Program-made: the position numbers and the translations under genes
Shown here: positions 52,731 to 64,000 of the stretch, piece by piece
Position numbering within the stretch: position 1 is the first letter of the stretch
Layout: each line of letters starts with the position of its first letter
Notes under the pieces: model-generated
The model's database searches: none
The model's input: only the letters and a program-made list of their open reading frames with translations
What the model was told of the DNA's origin: nothing
NCBI RefSeq assembly: GCF_009914755.1
Contig: NC_060936.1
Reading direction: 5' to 3' (one strand)
Length of the DNA stretch: 64,000 nucleotides
DNA from: the human T2T-CHM13v2.0 reference genome, Homo sapiens

Positions 52731-53819
52731 ATCTTAGTCATCTCCCTATCCCCCCCCCCCTTGCCCTCCCCTTGGCCGACGTAGTTTTTTAAACTTTGAT
52801 TCTTAATATTTTAGGAAGTGCTAGGATTCCCTGGAGTCTTCCTTCCTGCAAGTTCATTCTATTTTATGTCTCGATTAGTGGGTCATAGATTTACAGTTGT
52901 TGTAAAACCTGGGTGCTTGGGTCTCAGCCCAGAGACACTGATTCAGTTCAATTGCAGTGGGGCTCCAGCACTGGTATTCTTTTTAAAGCTTCCCATATTA
53001 TTCTAATGTGCATTTAGTATTCAGAACAACTTGTCCATACTGGTTTGAATCAAAAGAATATAAGGAGGAGTGTAGACATACTAGACCACTCATCAAAAAC
53101 CACCTAAGCCTTTTACTAAAGAAATGATCATAGAGCCTTGGTAAACCTTTCAAATTGATTTGGGAAGAACCTTGTGTTTGTGAAACTCTCAAAAGCATTT
53201 TGATGTGCATATGTGCTTGGCTTCAGCTCAGATACCTGTAGTGATACTTACTGTGGAGCCTTGCTCAGGTATTGTGGGTTGGGGGCGGGGCAGTGGCTAC
53301 TATCTGGGGTCATTTGACATTGAATTTCAGCTATCATCTTTAAAAAATCACTTGAGTTATGAAGGGAAAGGAGACATAACTCAGCTCAGAGTGTCCCACC
53401 TGCTGGACCACACATATTTGGTGTTTCTTTTATATTCACAGGCAGCTTTCACAGTCATTGTAAAAGATTCTTTGATTCAGGCTGAAGATTTTGAACTTTA
53501 TTCTGTAAGCTGTGGAAAACTTGTGAAGATTTAGGGCAGGAAAGCAATATGGTGACAAAAGAATTTCAAGAGTTCTGGTGGTGATGTGTAGAATGGATTG
53601 GATCAGGGAAAGAAAGAGGACAGGTAGTGTTATCAGAAGGCGATTGACGCAGTGCAGGTGAGAAGTGCTGGGAGAGAAGGGAGGACATGCAGTGGAATGA
53701 AGGACTGGGGTTCTATTAAGAGGTGAGGCTGGCCTTCTGAAGGGGTGGAAAATGATACCCCTTTAACCACATCACTGGCCCCTCATAGCTAAATTATGAA
53801 GCCCAAAAGCTATCTTAGC

Positions 53820-55520
53820 TCATTTCTTATTCAACAAGAAATTTACTTAATCTCTAGAATGTGCCAGTTGTAGGCACACGTGGTATAGTCAGTGGTGAAT
53901 GGTCAGAAAAGCTTGGACAGAGCTCACTTTCTAGTGGGTAGGGGAGGAGAATATAATCACACAAAAAGAATACATTAAAGTGCCATGCAGAGGATTATAC
54001 TGAAGTGAAATGATAGAGCATCTAATGCCTAATTTAGATGTAGCCACAAACTGCCTTACCACGAATGTGGCATTTAAGCTGAGATCTGAAGAAGAAGGAA
54101 CCAGCCTTGTGATGATTGCTGCAACAGCATCCCAGGCAGAGGAGCAGCAAGGGCAAAGGTGGCCATGAGCTTGAAAATCTGAGAAACCAAAGGAAAGCTG
54201 GTGCAGGTAGAGGATACTGGGGGGAACAGTGGTCTTAGGTGAGGTTGGAGGGGGAGGCAGAGGCCAGATTACTTAGGGAATTCAAAGTCAGGCTAAGGAC
54301 TTAGTGTATCCTTTATTCCAGATAGCATAAAAAACAGTGGGAGGAGTTTTCAAAGGGGTGTAACATGAAGTGATTTGTGCATTTAAAAATAACTGTGGCC
54401 ACTCTGTGGTGAATAAACTGTAAGCAGGGCAAAAAGGGTAAGAATGATATTGACTTCTGTTAGGGTAGAAGCAGTAGAGATGCAGGATAGTGAGTTGGTT
54501 TGAATATATTTTGATGATGGAACTGAGAGGATTTGATGATGTTTTATATATTGTGGTGAATGATAGGGAGAAATCAAGGCTACTTTATGGATTTTTGGTG
54601 TGAGACACTAGGGGCTACTTACTGAAGAGGGAAAGTTTCAAAAGCAGCAGGGTAACGGGGATAGGTTATCTGTAGGTATCTTCCTATCATGTTATGTTTT
54701 AGATAATTATTAAACTTCCCAGTTGAAGGGTGAAATAAATGAATATACGTATTTGAATGTAAGCATCTAGGCTAGGGAAAAGTTCATGATAGCAATAAAA
54801 ATTTAGAATAAAGTGGATATGGAATGTAGTTAATGCCACAAGACCGGATGTAGTCACCTGGAAGGAGTGTGTAGGTAGAATAGAGATGGGAGCCTGGCAC
54901 CAAGGTCTTTGGCTTAGCAATATTTTGAATTGTAGAAGAGGAAATGTTGACACAGTTGTCTGTGAAGAAGTGACCAGTGAGGAAAGAGAAGGATCAGGGG
55001 AATAAGGTATCATGAAAGCCAAGAAAAGAAAGTATTTTGGGATGAAGAAAGTGATCAACTGTGTGGGATGCTGAGAGGGGGAGTAATATGAGAACAGACT
55101 ATTGGATCTAGCAACATGAAAATCATCGGGCCAATGTAGTCTCAATGCAGCAGTAGGACTGGAAGCCTAACAGGGGTGGGTTTGAAGAAAGAATACAGGA
55201 CAGGAAAGGACAGGAAATAGAGAAAGTGACATTAGGAAGCTGAAGAAGTTTTGCTATAAAAGTGAGAAAAAAATGAGGCTTTGGTGGGCAAGCGAAAGTT
55301 TTATTTCAAAATTAAATAATACTGGAGCTTGTTTGTGTAGTAGAGAGGAGAGGGGCAATTAATGCAGAAGAAAGGGGGGCGAGTTGCAAGACTGAAGTCC
55401 ATGAAGGTGAGAGCAGATGGGTTCAGAGCATGAGGGAAGAGTTGGCTCTGGATAAAAGCAGGAGACAGTGTGGACACATGGGCACCAATACCAAAAGGAT
55501 GGTAGACTTGGTGGAAGAAA
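53820..55520 (-). mobile_element. Long L2 (L2a-like) fragment
   Basis: TTATTCAACAAGAAATTTA..TGTGCCAG; CATTTAAGCTGAGATCTGAA; CCCAGGCAGAGG; CATGAAAGCCAAG; TTGGATCTAGCAACATG are successive antisense L2 blocks. Confidence 0.75.
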
Positions 55521-56469
55521 GATGGAGTTGCTCTCTAATTGCTCCTTTTAAAAAAATTATAAATTATCTTAAAATACATGTAACATAAAATTTACAATCT
55601 TACCAATTTTTAAGTGTGCATTTTAGTGGTATTAAATACATTCATAATGTTGTGCGACTATCACTTTTTTTTGTAAAACTGAAACTTTGTTCCCATTAAC
55701 AATGGAATGATTTTGACTCTTCTAAGTACCTTATGTAATATATAACTGTACAGTATTTGTGTTTTTGCTACTGGCTTATTTTACTTAGCATTAATGTCTT
55801 CAAGATCCATCCATGTTAAAGCATATTGCAGAATCTCCTTCCTTTTAAGGCTGAATAATATTCTACTGTATACATATACCACATTTTTCTTATTCATTCG
55901 TTGATGAACACTTGGGTGGCTTCCACATTTTAGCTATTGTGAAAAATGCTGACCATGAACATGGGTGTACAAATATCTCTTTAAGACCCTGCATTCAATT
56001 ATTTTGGGTATATACCTAGAAGTGTAATTGCCGGATTATATGATAATTCTATTTTTAATTTTTTGAGAAACTGCCCTATCGCTTTCCACAGCAGCTGTAC
56101 CATTTTATATACCTACTAACAGTGCACCGTGGTTTCAGTTTCTCCGACCTCATCAACATGTGTTATTTTCTGTTTTTTGATAGTAGCCATCCTAATTGGT
56201 TGAGGTGATATCTCATTATAGCTTTGATTTGTATTTCCCTAATGATTAATGACAGTGCGCATCTTTTTATGTGCGTATTGGTCATTTATATATCTTCTTT
56301 AAAGAAATGTCTATTCAAGTCTTTTGACTATTTGTGAATTTAGTTTGTTGGTTATTGTTGAGTTTTAGAAGTTCCCTGTATATTCTGGATATTAATCTCT
56401 TCCCAGATAAATGATTTGCAACTATTTTCTCCCATTCTGTGGGTTGCCTTTTTACTCTGTTGATAGTGT

Positions 56470-56612
56470 CTTTTTTGTTGTTGTTGCTGTTACTTTGATG
56501 GTTTTTAAAAATATTTATTTAAAAGAAAAGTTTTAGGTTCACAGCAAAATCAGGAGGGTACAGAGATTTCCCATATGTCCTCTGCTCCCACACATGCCTA
56601 ACCTCCCCCATT
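56470..56612 (-). mobile_element. Short L1MC1/2-like 3'-end fragment nested in the L1MB
   Basis: AGTTTTAGGTTCACAGCAAAAT..GGTACAGAGATTTCCCATAT..CCCACACATGC, flanked by a repeated TTGATAGTGT. Confidence 0.65.
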
Positions 56613-59600
56613 TTGATAGTGTTGATGCACACAATTTTTACATTTTCATGAGGCTCAATTTGTCTATGTTTTTCTTTTGTTGCCTATGCCTTTGGCTTCA
56701 TATCCAAGAAATCATTGCCAAATCCAATGTTGTTAAGATTTTGTCTTACATTTGCTTCTAAAAAATGTATTTTAGTACTTACATGTAAGTTTTTTGATCC
56801 ATGTTCAGTTAATTTGAAAATGGTGTTAGGTAAGGGTCCAGCTTCATTCCTTTCCACCTGGATATCCAGTTTTCTCAGTGCCGTTTGTTGAAAAGACTGT
56901 CTTTTTCTCATTGAATGTTTTCGACATACTTGTCAAAAATCATTTGACCGTAATGCAAGAGTTAATTTCTGGGCTTTCTTGTCTATTCCATTAGTTTATT
57001 TTTATGCCAGTATCACACTGTTTTGATTACTATAGCTTTATGGTAAGTCTTAAAATCAGGAAGTGTGAGTCTTCCAGCTATGTTCTCTTTTTTCAAGACT
57101 GCTTTGGCTCTTTGAGGTCCCCTGAGATTTTATATAAATTTTAGCATGAGTTTTTCTATTTCTGCAATAATAAAAAGTCATTGAAATTTGGATAGGTAGG
57201 AACTGCATTGGATCTGTGATCTCCTTGGGTTAGTATTGACATTTTTTATAATAAGTCTTTCAATTCATGAACTTGGGCTGTGTTTTCATTTACTTATGTC
57301 TTCTCTAATTTCTTTCAGCAATGTGTTATTGTTTTCGCTGTATAATTCTTTGAGTTTTTTAGTTAATTCCTAAGTATTTTATTCTTTTTGGCGTGATTGT
57401 AAATGAAATTGTTTTCATAATTCTCTTTTCAGATTGTTCATTGTCAGTGCATATAAATGCAACTGATTTTTATGTGTCAACTTTGTATCCTGCTACTTTG
57501 CTGAATTCATACATTTGTCCTAATTATTTCATGGTGGAATCTTTAGAATTTTCTATATACTATAAAAGAGCATATCATCTGCAAACAGATAATTTTACTT
57601 CTTTATAATTTGGATGTCTTTTAGTCCTTTTTATCACCTGATTTCTCTGGCTAGAACTTCCAATACTGTATTAAATAGAAGTGGTGAAAGGAGGCATCTT
57701 TTCCTTGTTCCTGATCTTAGAAGGAAATATTTAAGTCTTTTACCATTAAGGATGATGTTTACTGTTGGTTTTTCATATATGGTTTTTATTATGTTGAGGT
57801 AGTTTTCTTCTATTCCTAGTTTGTTGAGTGTTTTAACCATGGAAAAAGTGTTGAATTTTGTCAAATGTTTTTTTTCTGTACCAGTTGAGATTATCATGTG
57901 TTTTACTCCCTTAATTGTGTTAATGTGATGTATTACATTAATTGATTTTCATATATTGAACCATCCTTGCATTTCAGAAATAAATCTCACTTGGTCATTG
58001 ACATAATCCTTTTGATAGGCTGCTGAATTTTGTTGAGGATTTTTGTGTCAACGCTTATAAGGTATATTCATCTGTAGTTTTTCCCCTTATAGTATCTTTT
58101 TCTGGCTTTGGTGTCAAAGTCATGCTGGCCTCATAGAATAAGTTAGGAAATCCTCCTTCTTCAATTTCCTGCAAAAATTTGAGAAGGATTAGTGTTAGCT
58201 TTTTTAAATGTTTGGTAGAATTCACCAGCAAAGCCATCAGGTACAGGACTTTTCTTCACTGGGAGATTTTAAATTATTGATTCAATTGCCTTACTAGTTA
58301 TAGGCCTATTCAGGTGTTTTATATCTTTATAATTTAGTCTTCATAGGTTTTGTGTTTCTATGAATTTGTCCATTTTATCTATCTTATCCAATTTGTTGGT
58401 ATACAGTAATTCATAGTGCTCCCTTATAATCTTTTTTATTTCTATATACTTTGTAATCTCTCTACTCTCAATTATCATTGTAATAGTTTGAGTCCTTCTT
58501 TTTAGTCCATCTAAATAAAGGTTTGTCAATTTTGTTGATCTTTTGAAAAAACCAACTTTTGGTTTCATTTACTTTCTCTATTATTTTTCTATTTTCTATT
58601 TTATTTATCTCTAATTATTATTTCTTTCCTTCTGCTAGCTTTGGGTTTAGTTTGTTTGTTTGTTTCTAGTTCCTTAAGTTTTAAAGTTAGGTTGTTAATT
58701 TGAGATCTTTCTAGGTTTTTAATGTATTTATAGCTGTGCATTTTCTCCTTAGCACTGCTTTTGCTATGTCCCATAAGTTTCGTTATGTTGTGTTTTCATT
58801 TAAATTTGTCAATATTTTTCAATTTCCTTTGTGATTTTTTTCTTTGATCCATTGTTTAAGAGTACATTGTATAATTTCCACAAATTTTTAATTTTTTCTG
58901 ACTTTACTTCTCTTACAGATTTCTAACTTCATCCCATTATAGTCAGAGAGGGTACCCTGTATGAAATCTATCTTTTAAAATGTACTGATACTTAATTTGT
59001 GGCCTAAATATGGTCTATACTGGAAAATATCACAAATGTCTCAAGAGAAATATGTATGCTATTGCTGTTGGGTAAAGTGTTCAGTATATGTCTGTTAGAT
59101 CTAGTTGGTTTTATGTGTCCTTTAAGTCTTCTGCTTCTTTACTTCTGTGCAGTTGTTCTATCCATTATTCAGAGGGGAATATTAAAGTATCCAACTATTA
59201 TTAGTAAAACTATGTTTTTCTTCAATTCCATCAGTTTTTGCTTCATATATATTTATGGTTTGTTATTAGGTACATATATGTTCATAATTTTTCTATATTC
59301 TTGCTATATTGAAACATATTAATATATAATGTTTTGTCTCTTATAACTCTTTTTTTTTAAATTTAAAGTCCACTTATTCTCACATTAGGATAACCACCCC
59401 TGCCATCTCTTGGTTACTATTTGCATGGAATATCTTTTTCTATTTTTTTTCACTTTAAATCTATTTGTGTCTTTGAATCTGAAGTGATTCTCTTACAGAC
59501 AGCATATAGTTGGATCATTTGCTGTTATCCATTCTGTCAATTTCTGCATTTTGATATAGAGTTTAATTCTCTATCAAAGTTTACAAAAGAGTTTACATTT

Positions 59601-60961
59601 AAAATAGCCAGTTACCAATAAGGGAGCATCTGTTTCTGTATTTTGCTATTTGTTTTCTATGGCTTTACAGCTCTTTTTGTCCCTTAATTTGTGCATTACT
59701 GTCTTCTTTTGTGTTTGATTTTTTTTTTAGTAGTGAAGTGTTTAAATTTCTTTCTCATTTTGTTTCGTATATATCCCACAGCTATATTCTTTGTGGCTAC
59801 GATGGGGATTACATTTAATGACCTAAAGTTATAACACTCTAATTTGAATTTTACTAGTATAACTTCAGTAACATGCAAAACCTCTGGTTTCTATAGAGTT
59901 AGACCCACCTCTTTCAGCTGTTGATGTCACAAAATTACATCTTAATACATTGTGTGCCTTGAAACAGAATTATATTATGTCAAATAATGATTTTAAATTC
60001 ATTAGTCAATTAAGTGAAAACAGAATGTAGAGTTACAAACCATGGCTATAATAATATTAGCTTTTAGACTAGTAATTGTGTGTTTTAAAAAAAGTATTAG
60101 TTTCTAATATTCTAGAAAACAAAAAGTCACATTATGAACATTTGTTACAATAATATTTGCTTTTATAATTGGCCATGTACTTACCTTTATTCAGATCTGT
60201 ATTTCTTCATATGGCTTCAAGTTACTGTCTAGTATTTTTTCATTTCACCCTGCAGGACTTTCTTAAGAGTGAAATGAAAATGAGCATTTCTCACAGGGCA
60301 GTTCTAATGATAATAAACTCTCTCAGCTGTTGCTTATTTGGGAATATCTTAATTTCTCCCTTACTTTTAAAAGACAGTTTTGCTAGATATAGAATTCTTG
60401 GTAACAGATTATTTCCTTTTAGCACTTTGAATATATGGGCCCACTGCCCTGCCTCCTGGTTTCCAAAGTTTCTGATGAGAAACCTGCTGATAATCATACT
60501 AAGAATCCTTTATGTGTTTCTCTCTTCTCTCTTGCTGCTTTCAATATTTTCTCTTTGTTTTTGGATTTTCACTGTTTGATTGTAATGTGTCTCAGCATGA
60601 ATCTTTTAAAATTCATCTTTCTTGACTTTCACTGACATTCCTGAATGTTTATATTCATGCCTTTCACCAAATTTGGGAAGTTTGAAGCCATTATTTCTTC
60701 ACATGTTCTCTCTTTTCTGCTTCTGGGTCTCCCGCAATGTGTATGTTGGTTCACTTGATGGTGTTCCACAGGTCCCATAGGCTCTATTCACTTTTCTTTA
60801 ATGTTTTTTATTTCTGTTCCAGACTTGATAACTTCTGTTAGCCTATCTTCAAGTTTGCTGATTTTTCTGCCTGCTTAAATCTGCCTTTGAATCCCTCTAA
60901 TAGATTTTTCATTTCAGTTTTGTTCTTGTGTTTTACAGAATTTTTTTTAGGTTGTCTATCT

Positions 60962-61338
60962 CAATATTGTTTGGCTCTGTGTCTCCACCCAAATCTCATC
61001 TTAAATTGTAATCCCCATATGTCAAAGGAGAGACATATAATCCCCACATGTCGAGGGAGGGAGATGATTGAATCAGGGAGTGGTTTCCCCCATGCTCTTC
61101 TCATGATAGTGAGTTAGTTCTCATGAGATCTGATGGTTTTATAAGGGGCCCTTCTCTCTTCTCTCTCCTGCTGCCATGGGAAAAAGGTCCTTGCTTCCCT
61201 TTCACCTTCCACCATGATTGTAAGTTTCCCGAGGCCTCCCCAGTTATGTGGAACTGTAAGTCAATTAAACCTCTTTCCTTTAAAAATTACCCAGTCTCGG
61301 GTAGTATCTTTATAGCAGTGTGAGAATAGAGTAATACA
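60962..61338 (+). mobile_element. THE1D-like MaLR solo LTR inserted in the L1
   Basis: ATATTGTTTGGCTCTGTGTCTCCACCCAAATCTCATCTT..GAGATCTGATGGTTTTATAAGGG..GAGGCCTCCCCAG..CAATTAAACCTCTTTCC..GTAATACA. Confidence 0.9.
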
Positions 61339-61944
61339 GTCTCTTTATTGATATTTTCATTTTGTTCCTACGTCATTTTCTTGACTTTCTCCATGTCTTT
61401 GTTTAGTTTTTTGAACATCTTTAAAACAGTTGTTTAAAATTATTTGTCTAGCACATTTGCCATCAGATATTTTTCAGGGACATTTTCTGTTGATTTATTT
61501 TTTTTTCTTTGGGTCATACTTCTCTGTTTCTTCATATGCCTTGGGATGTTCTTTGTTGAAAACTGAACATTAGGACCTAAAAATGTGGTAATTCTGGAAT
61601 TCAGATTTTGCTTCTTCCCCAAAGTTTGCTGTTTTTTGTTATTGTTTTTATTTTTATTGTTGTAGATGATGTCTCTCAGTGCCAAGGATCAGCCTGTGGT
61701 ATAAACTTAAGGTCTTCTGAGCCTGCCCCTTTCCTGAGTGTGCATGGTTACTTTCTAATTTTCCCCATAGTTGCAGTTATTTTTGCATGTCCTAAAGGTT
61801 ACTGTTTAGCTCCCAAAAGGGAAAAAAGAAAGGGTGCTGGCTTTTTTTGCTTTCACAAAATAACTAAGGCTTTATTTTTCCCTGATTTCAGAATGTTCAT
61901 ATGAGTGTTCCCTATGACCACTATAATTAAGAAATATTGAAGGG

Positions 61945-62269
61945 TTTTTTTTTTTGTTTTTTTTTGTTTTGTTTTGTTTTTTGTTTTTGAGACAGAGTCT
62001 CATTTAATTACCCATGCTGGAGTGAGGGGCAAGATCTTGGCTCACTGCAACCTCCGCCTCCCCTGTTCAAGCTATTCTTGTGCCTCAGCCTCCTGAGTAG
62101 CTGGGACTACAGGTATGGACTACCATGCCTGGCTAGTTTTTGTATTTTTAGTAGAACAGTGTTTTGCTATGTTGGCCAGGCTGGTCTCCAACTCCTGACC
62201 TCAAGTGATCTGCTCACCTTGGCCTCCCAAAGTGCTAAGATTACAGGCGTGAGCTACCTATGCCTGGCC
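61945..62269 (-). mobile_element. Full-length AluS (Sz/Sx-like)
   Basis: T-rich tail and antisense Alu. TSD-like TGAAG(A)GGTTTT on both sides. Confidence 0.92.
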
Positions 62270-62304
62270 TGAAGAGGTTTTGTTTTTCATAAATTTCCTG
62301 AACT

Positions 62305-64000
62305 TTTTTTCTCTTCAACTTTTATTTTACATTTCAGGGTACATGTGCATGATGTGCAGGTTTGTTACATAGGTAAATGTGTGCCCTGGTGGTTTGTTGT
62401 ACAGATCATCCCATCACCTAGGTATTAAGCCTAGCATCCATTAGCTATTCTTCCTGATGCTCTCCCCCGACCCCTGGCAGGTCCCAGTGAGTGTTGTTTC
62501 TCCCCTGTGTTCATGTGTTCTCATAATTCGTCTCCCATTTATAAGTGAGAACATGTGGTATTTGGTTTTCTGTTCCTGCATTAGGTTGCTGAGGATGACA
62601 GCTTTCAGCTCCATCCATGACCCTGCAAAGATACGATCTCATTACTTTTCATGGCTGCATAATATTCCGTGGTGTATATGTACCATATTGTCTTTATCCA
62701 GTCCATCATTGATGGGCATTTGGGTTGATTCCATGTCTTTGCTATTGTGAACAGTGCTGCAATGAATATACACATGCATGTAACTTTATAATAGAATGAT
62801 TTATATTCTTTTGGGTATATACCCAGTAAAGGGGTTGCTGGGTCAAATGGTGTTTCTGTCTCTAGATCTTTGAGGAACTGCCAAACTTTCTTCCACAATG
62901 GTTGAACTAATTTATATTCCCACCAACAGTGTAAGAGCATTCCGTTTTCTTCATAACCTCACCACTAGTTGTTTTTAGACTTTTTAATAATCATCATTCT
63001 GACTGGCATGGGATGGTATCTCATTGTGGTTTTAATTTGCATTTCTCCAATAATGAGTTATGTTGAGCTTTTTTTCATGTGTTTTTTGGCCACTTGGATG
63101 TCTTCTTTTGAGAAGACACGTCCTTTGACCACTTTTTAATGTTTTTTTTTTTTTTCCTCATAAATTTGCTTTAGTTCCTTGTAGCCTCTGGATGGTAGAC
63201 CTTTGTCAGATAGATAGATGGCAAAAATTTTATTTCATTCCATAGGTTGTCTGTTCACTCTGACGATAGTTTCTTTTGCTGTGCAGAAGCTCTTTAGTTT
63301 AATTAGATCTCATTTGCCAATTTTTGCTTTTGTGGCTACTGCTTTTTGCATTTTTGTCATGAAATCTTTTCCTGTGCCTATGTCTTGAATGGCATTGCTT
63401 AGATTTTCTTCTACTTTTTTTATAGTTTTGGGTTTTATATTTAAGTCTTTAATTCATCTTGAGTTAATGTTTGTACAAGGCATAAGGAAGGGGTCTAGTT
63501 TCAGTTTTCTGCATATGACTAGTCAGTTCTCCCAGCACCATTTATTAAGTAGGGAATCCTTTCCACATTGCTGTTTTTTTTCAGGTTTGTTGAAGATCAG
63601 ATGGTCATAGATGTGCAACTTTATCTCTGAGTTCTCTATTCGATTCCATTGGTCTATATATCTACTTTTGTACCAGTACCATGCTGTTTTGGTTACTGTA
63701 GCCTTGTAGAATAGTTTGAAGTCCACCAGTGTGATGCCTCCAGCTTAGTTCTTTTTTGCTTAGGATTGTCTTGGCTATTCAGGCTCTTTTTGGGTTGCAT
63801 ATGAATTTTAAAATAGTTTCCTCTAATTCTATAAAGAATGTCAGTGGTAGTTTAATGAGAATTGCATTGAATCTATAACTTATTTGGGGCAGTATGGCCA
63901 TTTTTACAATATTGATTCTTCCTATTAATGAAAATGGAATGTTTTTCCATTTGTTTGTGTCCTCTCTGATTTTCTTGAGCAGTGGTTTGTAGTTCTCCTT
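62305..64000 (-). mobile_element. L1PA (L1PA10/11-like) 3' UTR and ORF2 C-terminus, running off the window
   Basis: GGTACATGTGCATGATGTGCAGGTTTGTTACATAGGTAAA is the L1PA 3' end. ORFs LLHCWWEYKLVQPLWK and [17 protein letters not shown] are ORF2p. Confidence 0.94.

Larger units (their letters stand above)
55550..61830 (-). mobile_element. Near full-length degraded L1MB-like element (ORF1, ORF2, 3' UTR)
   Basis: ORF 60291-60497 (QWAHIFKVLK..PRILYLAKLSFKSKGEIKIFPNKQQLREFI) is the L1 ORF1p C-terminus. ORF 57634-57897 ([39 protein letters not shown]) is ORF2 RT. An L1MB-type 3' end lies near 55570. Confidence 0.9.

Overview
This is repeat-rich, non-coding DNA from a simian primate, most likely human, judged from AluY/S/J, THE1C/THE1D and MER85 content. 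It is intergenic or deep intronic. I found no credible protein-coding exon, tRNA, rRNA or CRISPR array. The recognisable ORF-track peptides come from Alu, L1 ORF1/ORF2, THE1 or a Kanga/pogo transposase fossil, and the rest look like chance frames. Roughly half the window is transposon-derived: six long L1 segments, about 10 Alu copies or monomers, MaLR LTRs, a MER93-like LTR, DNA transposons (MER63A, MER85, MER47, MER3, Kanga1-type, MER5A) and many MIR/L2 fragments. An L1-mobilised U6 pseudogene with a target-site duplication (TSD) lies at 4098-4199. The signals least explained by ordinary annotation are: (i) a ~165-bp unique element present twice, 2 kb apart (~88% identical), carrying GATA, RUNX-like, AP-1 and forkhead motifs and bracketing a consensus NRF2/NF-E2 site (48.5-50.7 kb); (ii) a 42-bp-arm fold-back hairpin built inside a single MIR (52355-52460); (iii) a nested tandem repeat with four M-box motifs (51824-51871); (iv) a MER85 retaining the CSB-PGBD3 palindrome beside a THE1C LTR; (v) an LTR plus CpG-enriched patch with a candidate 42-nt exon (18.8-20.2 kb). 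None of these amounts to a demonstrated new biological system. Repeat subfamilies were assigned by eye against remembered consensus sequences, and their boundaries are approximate.
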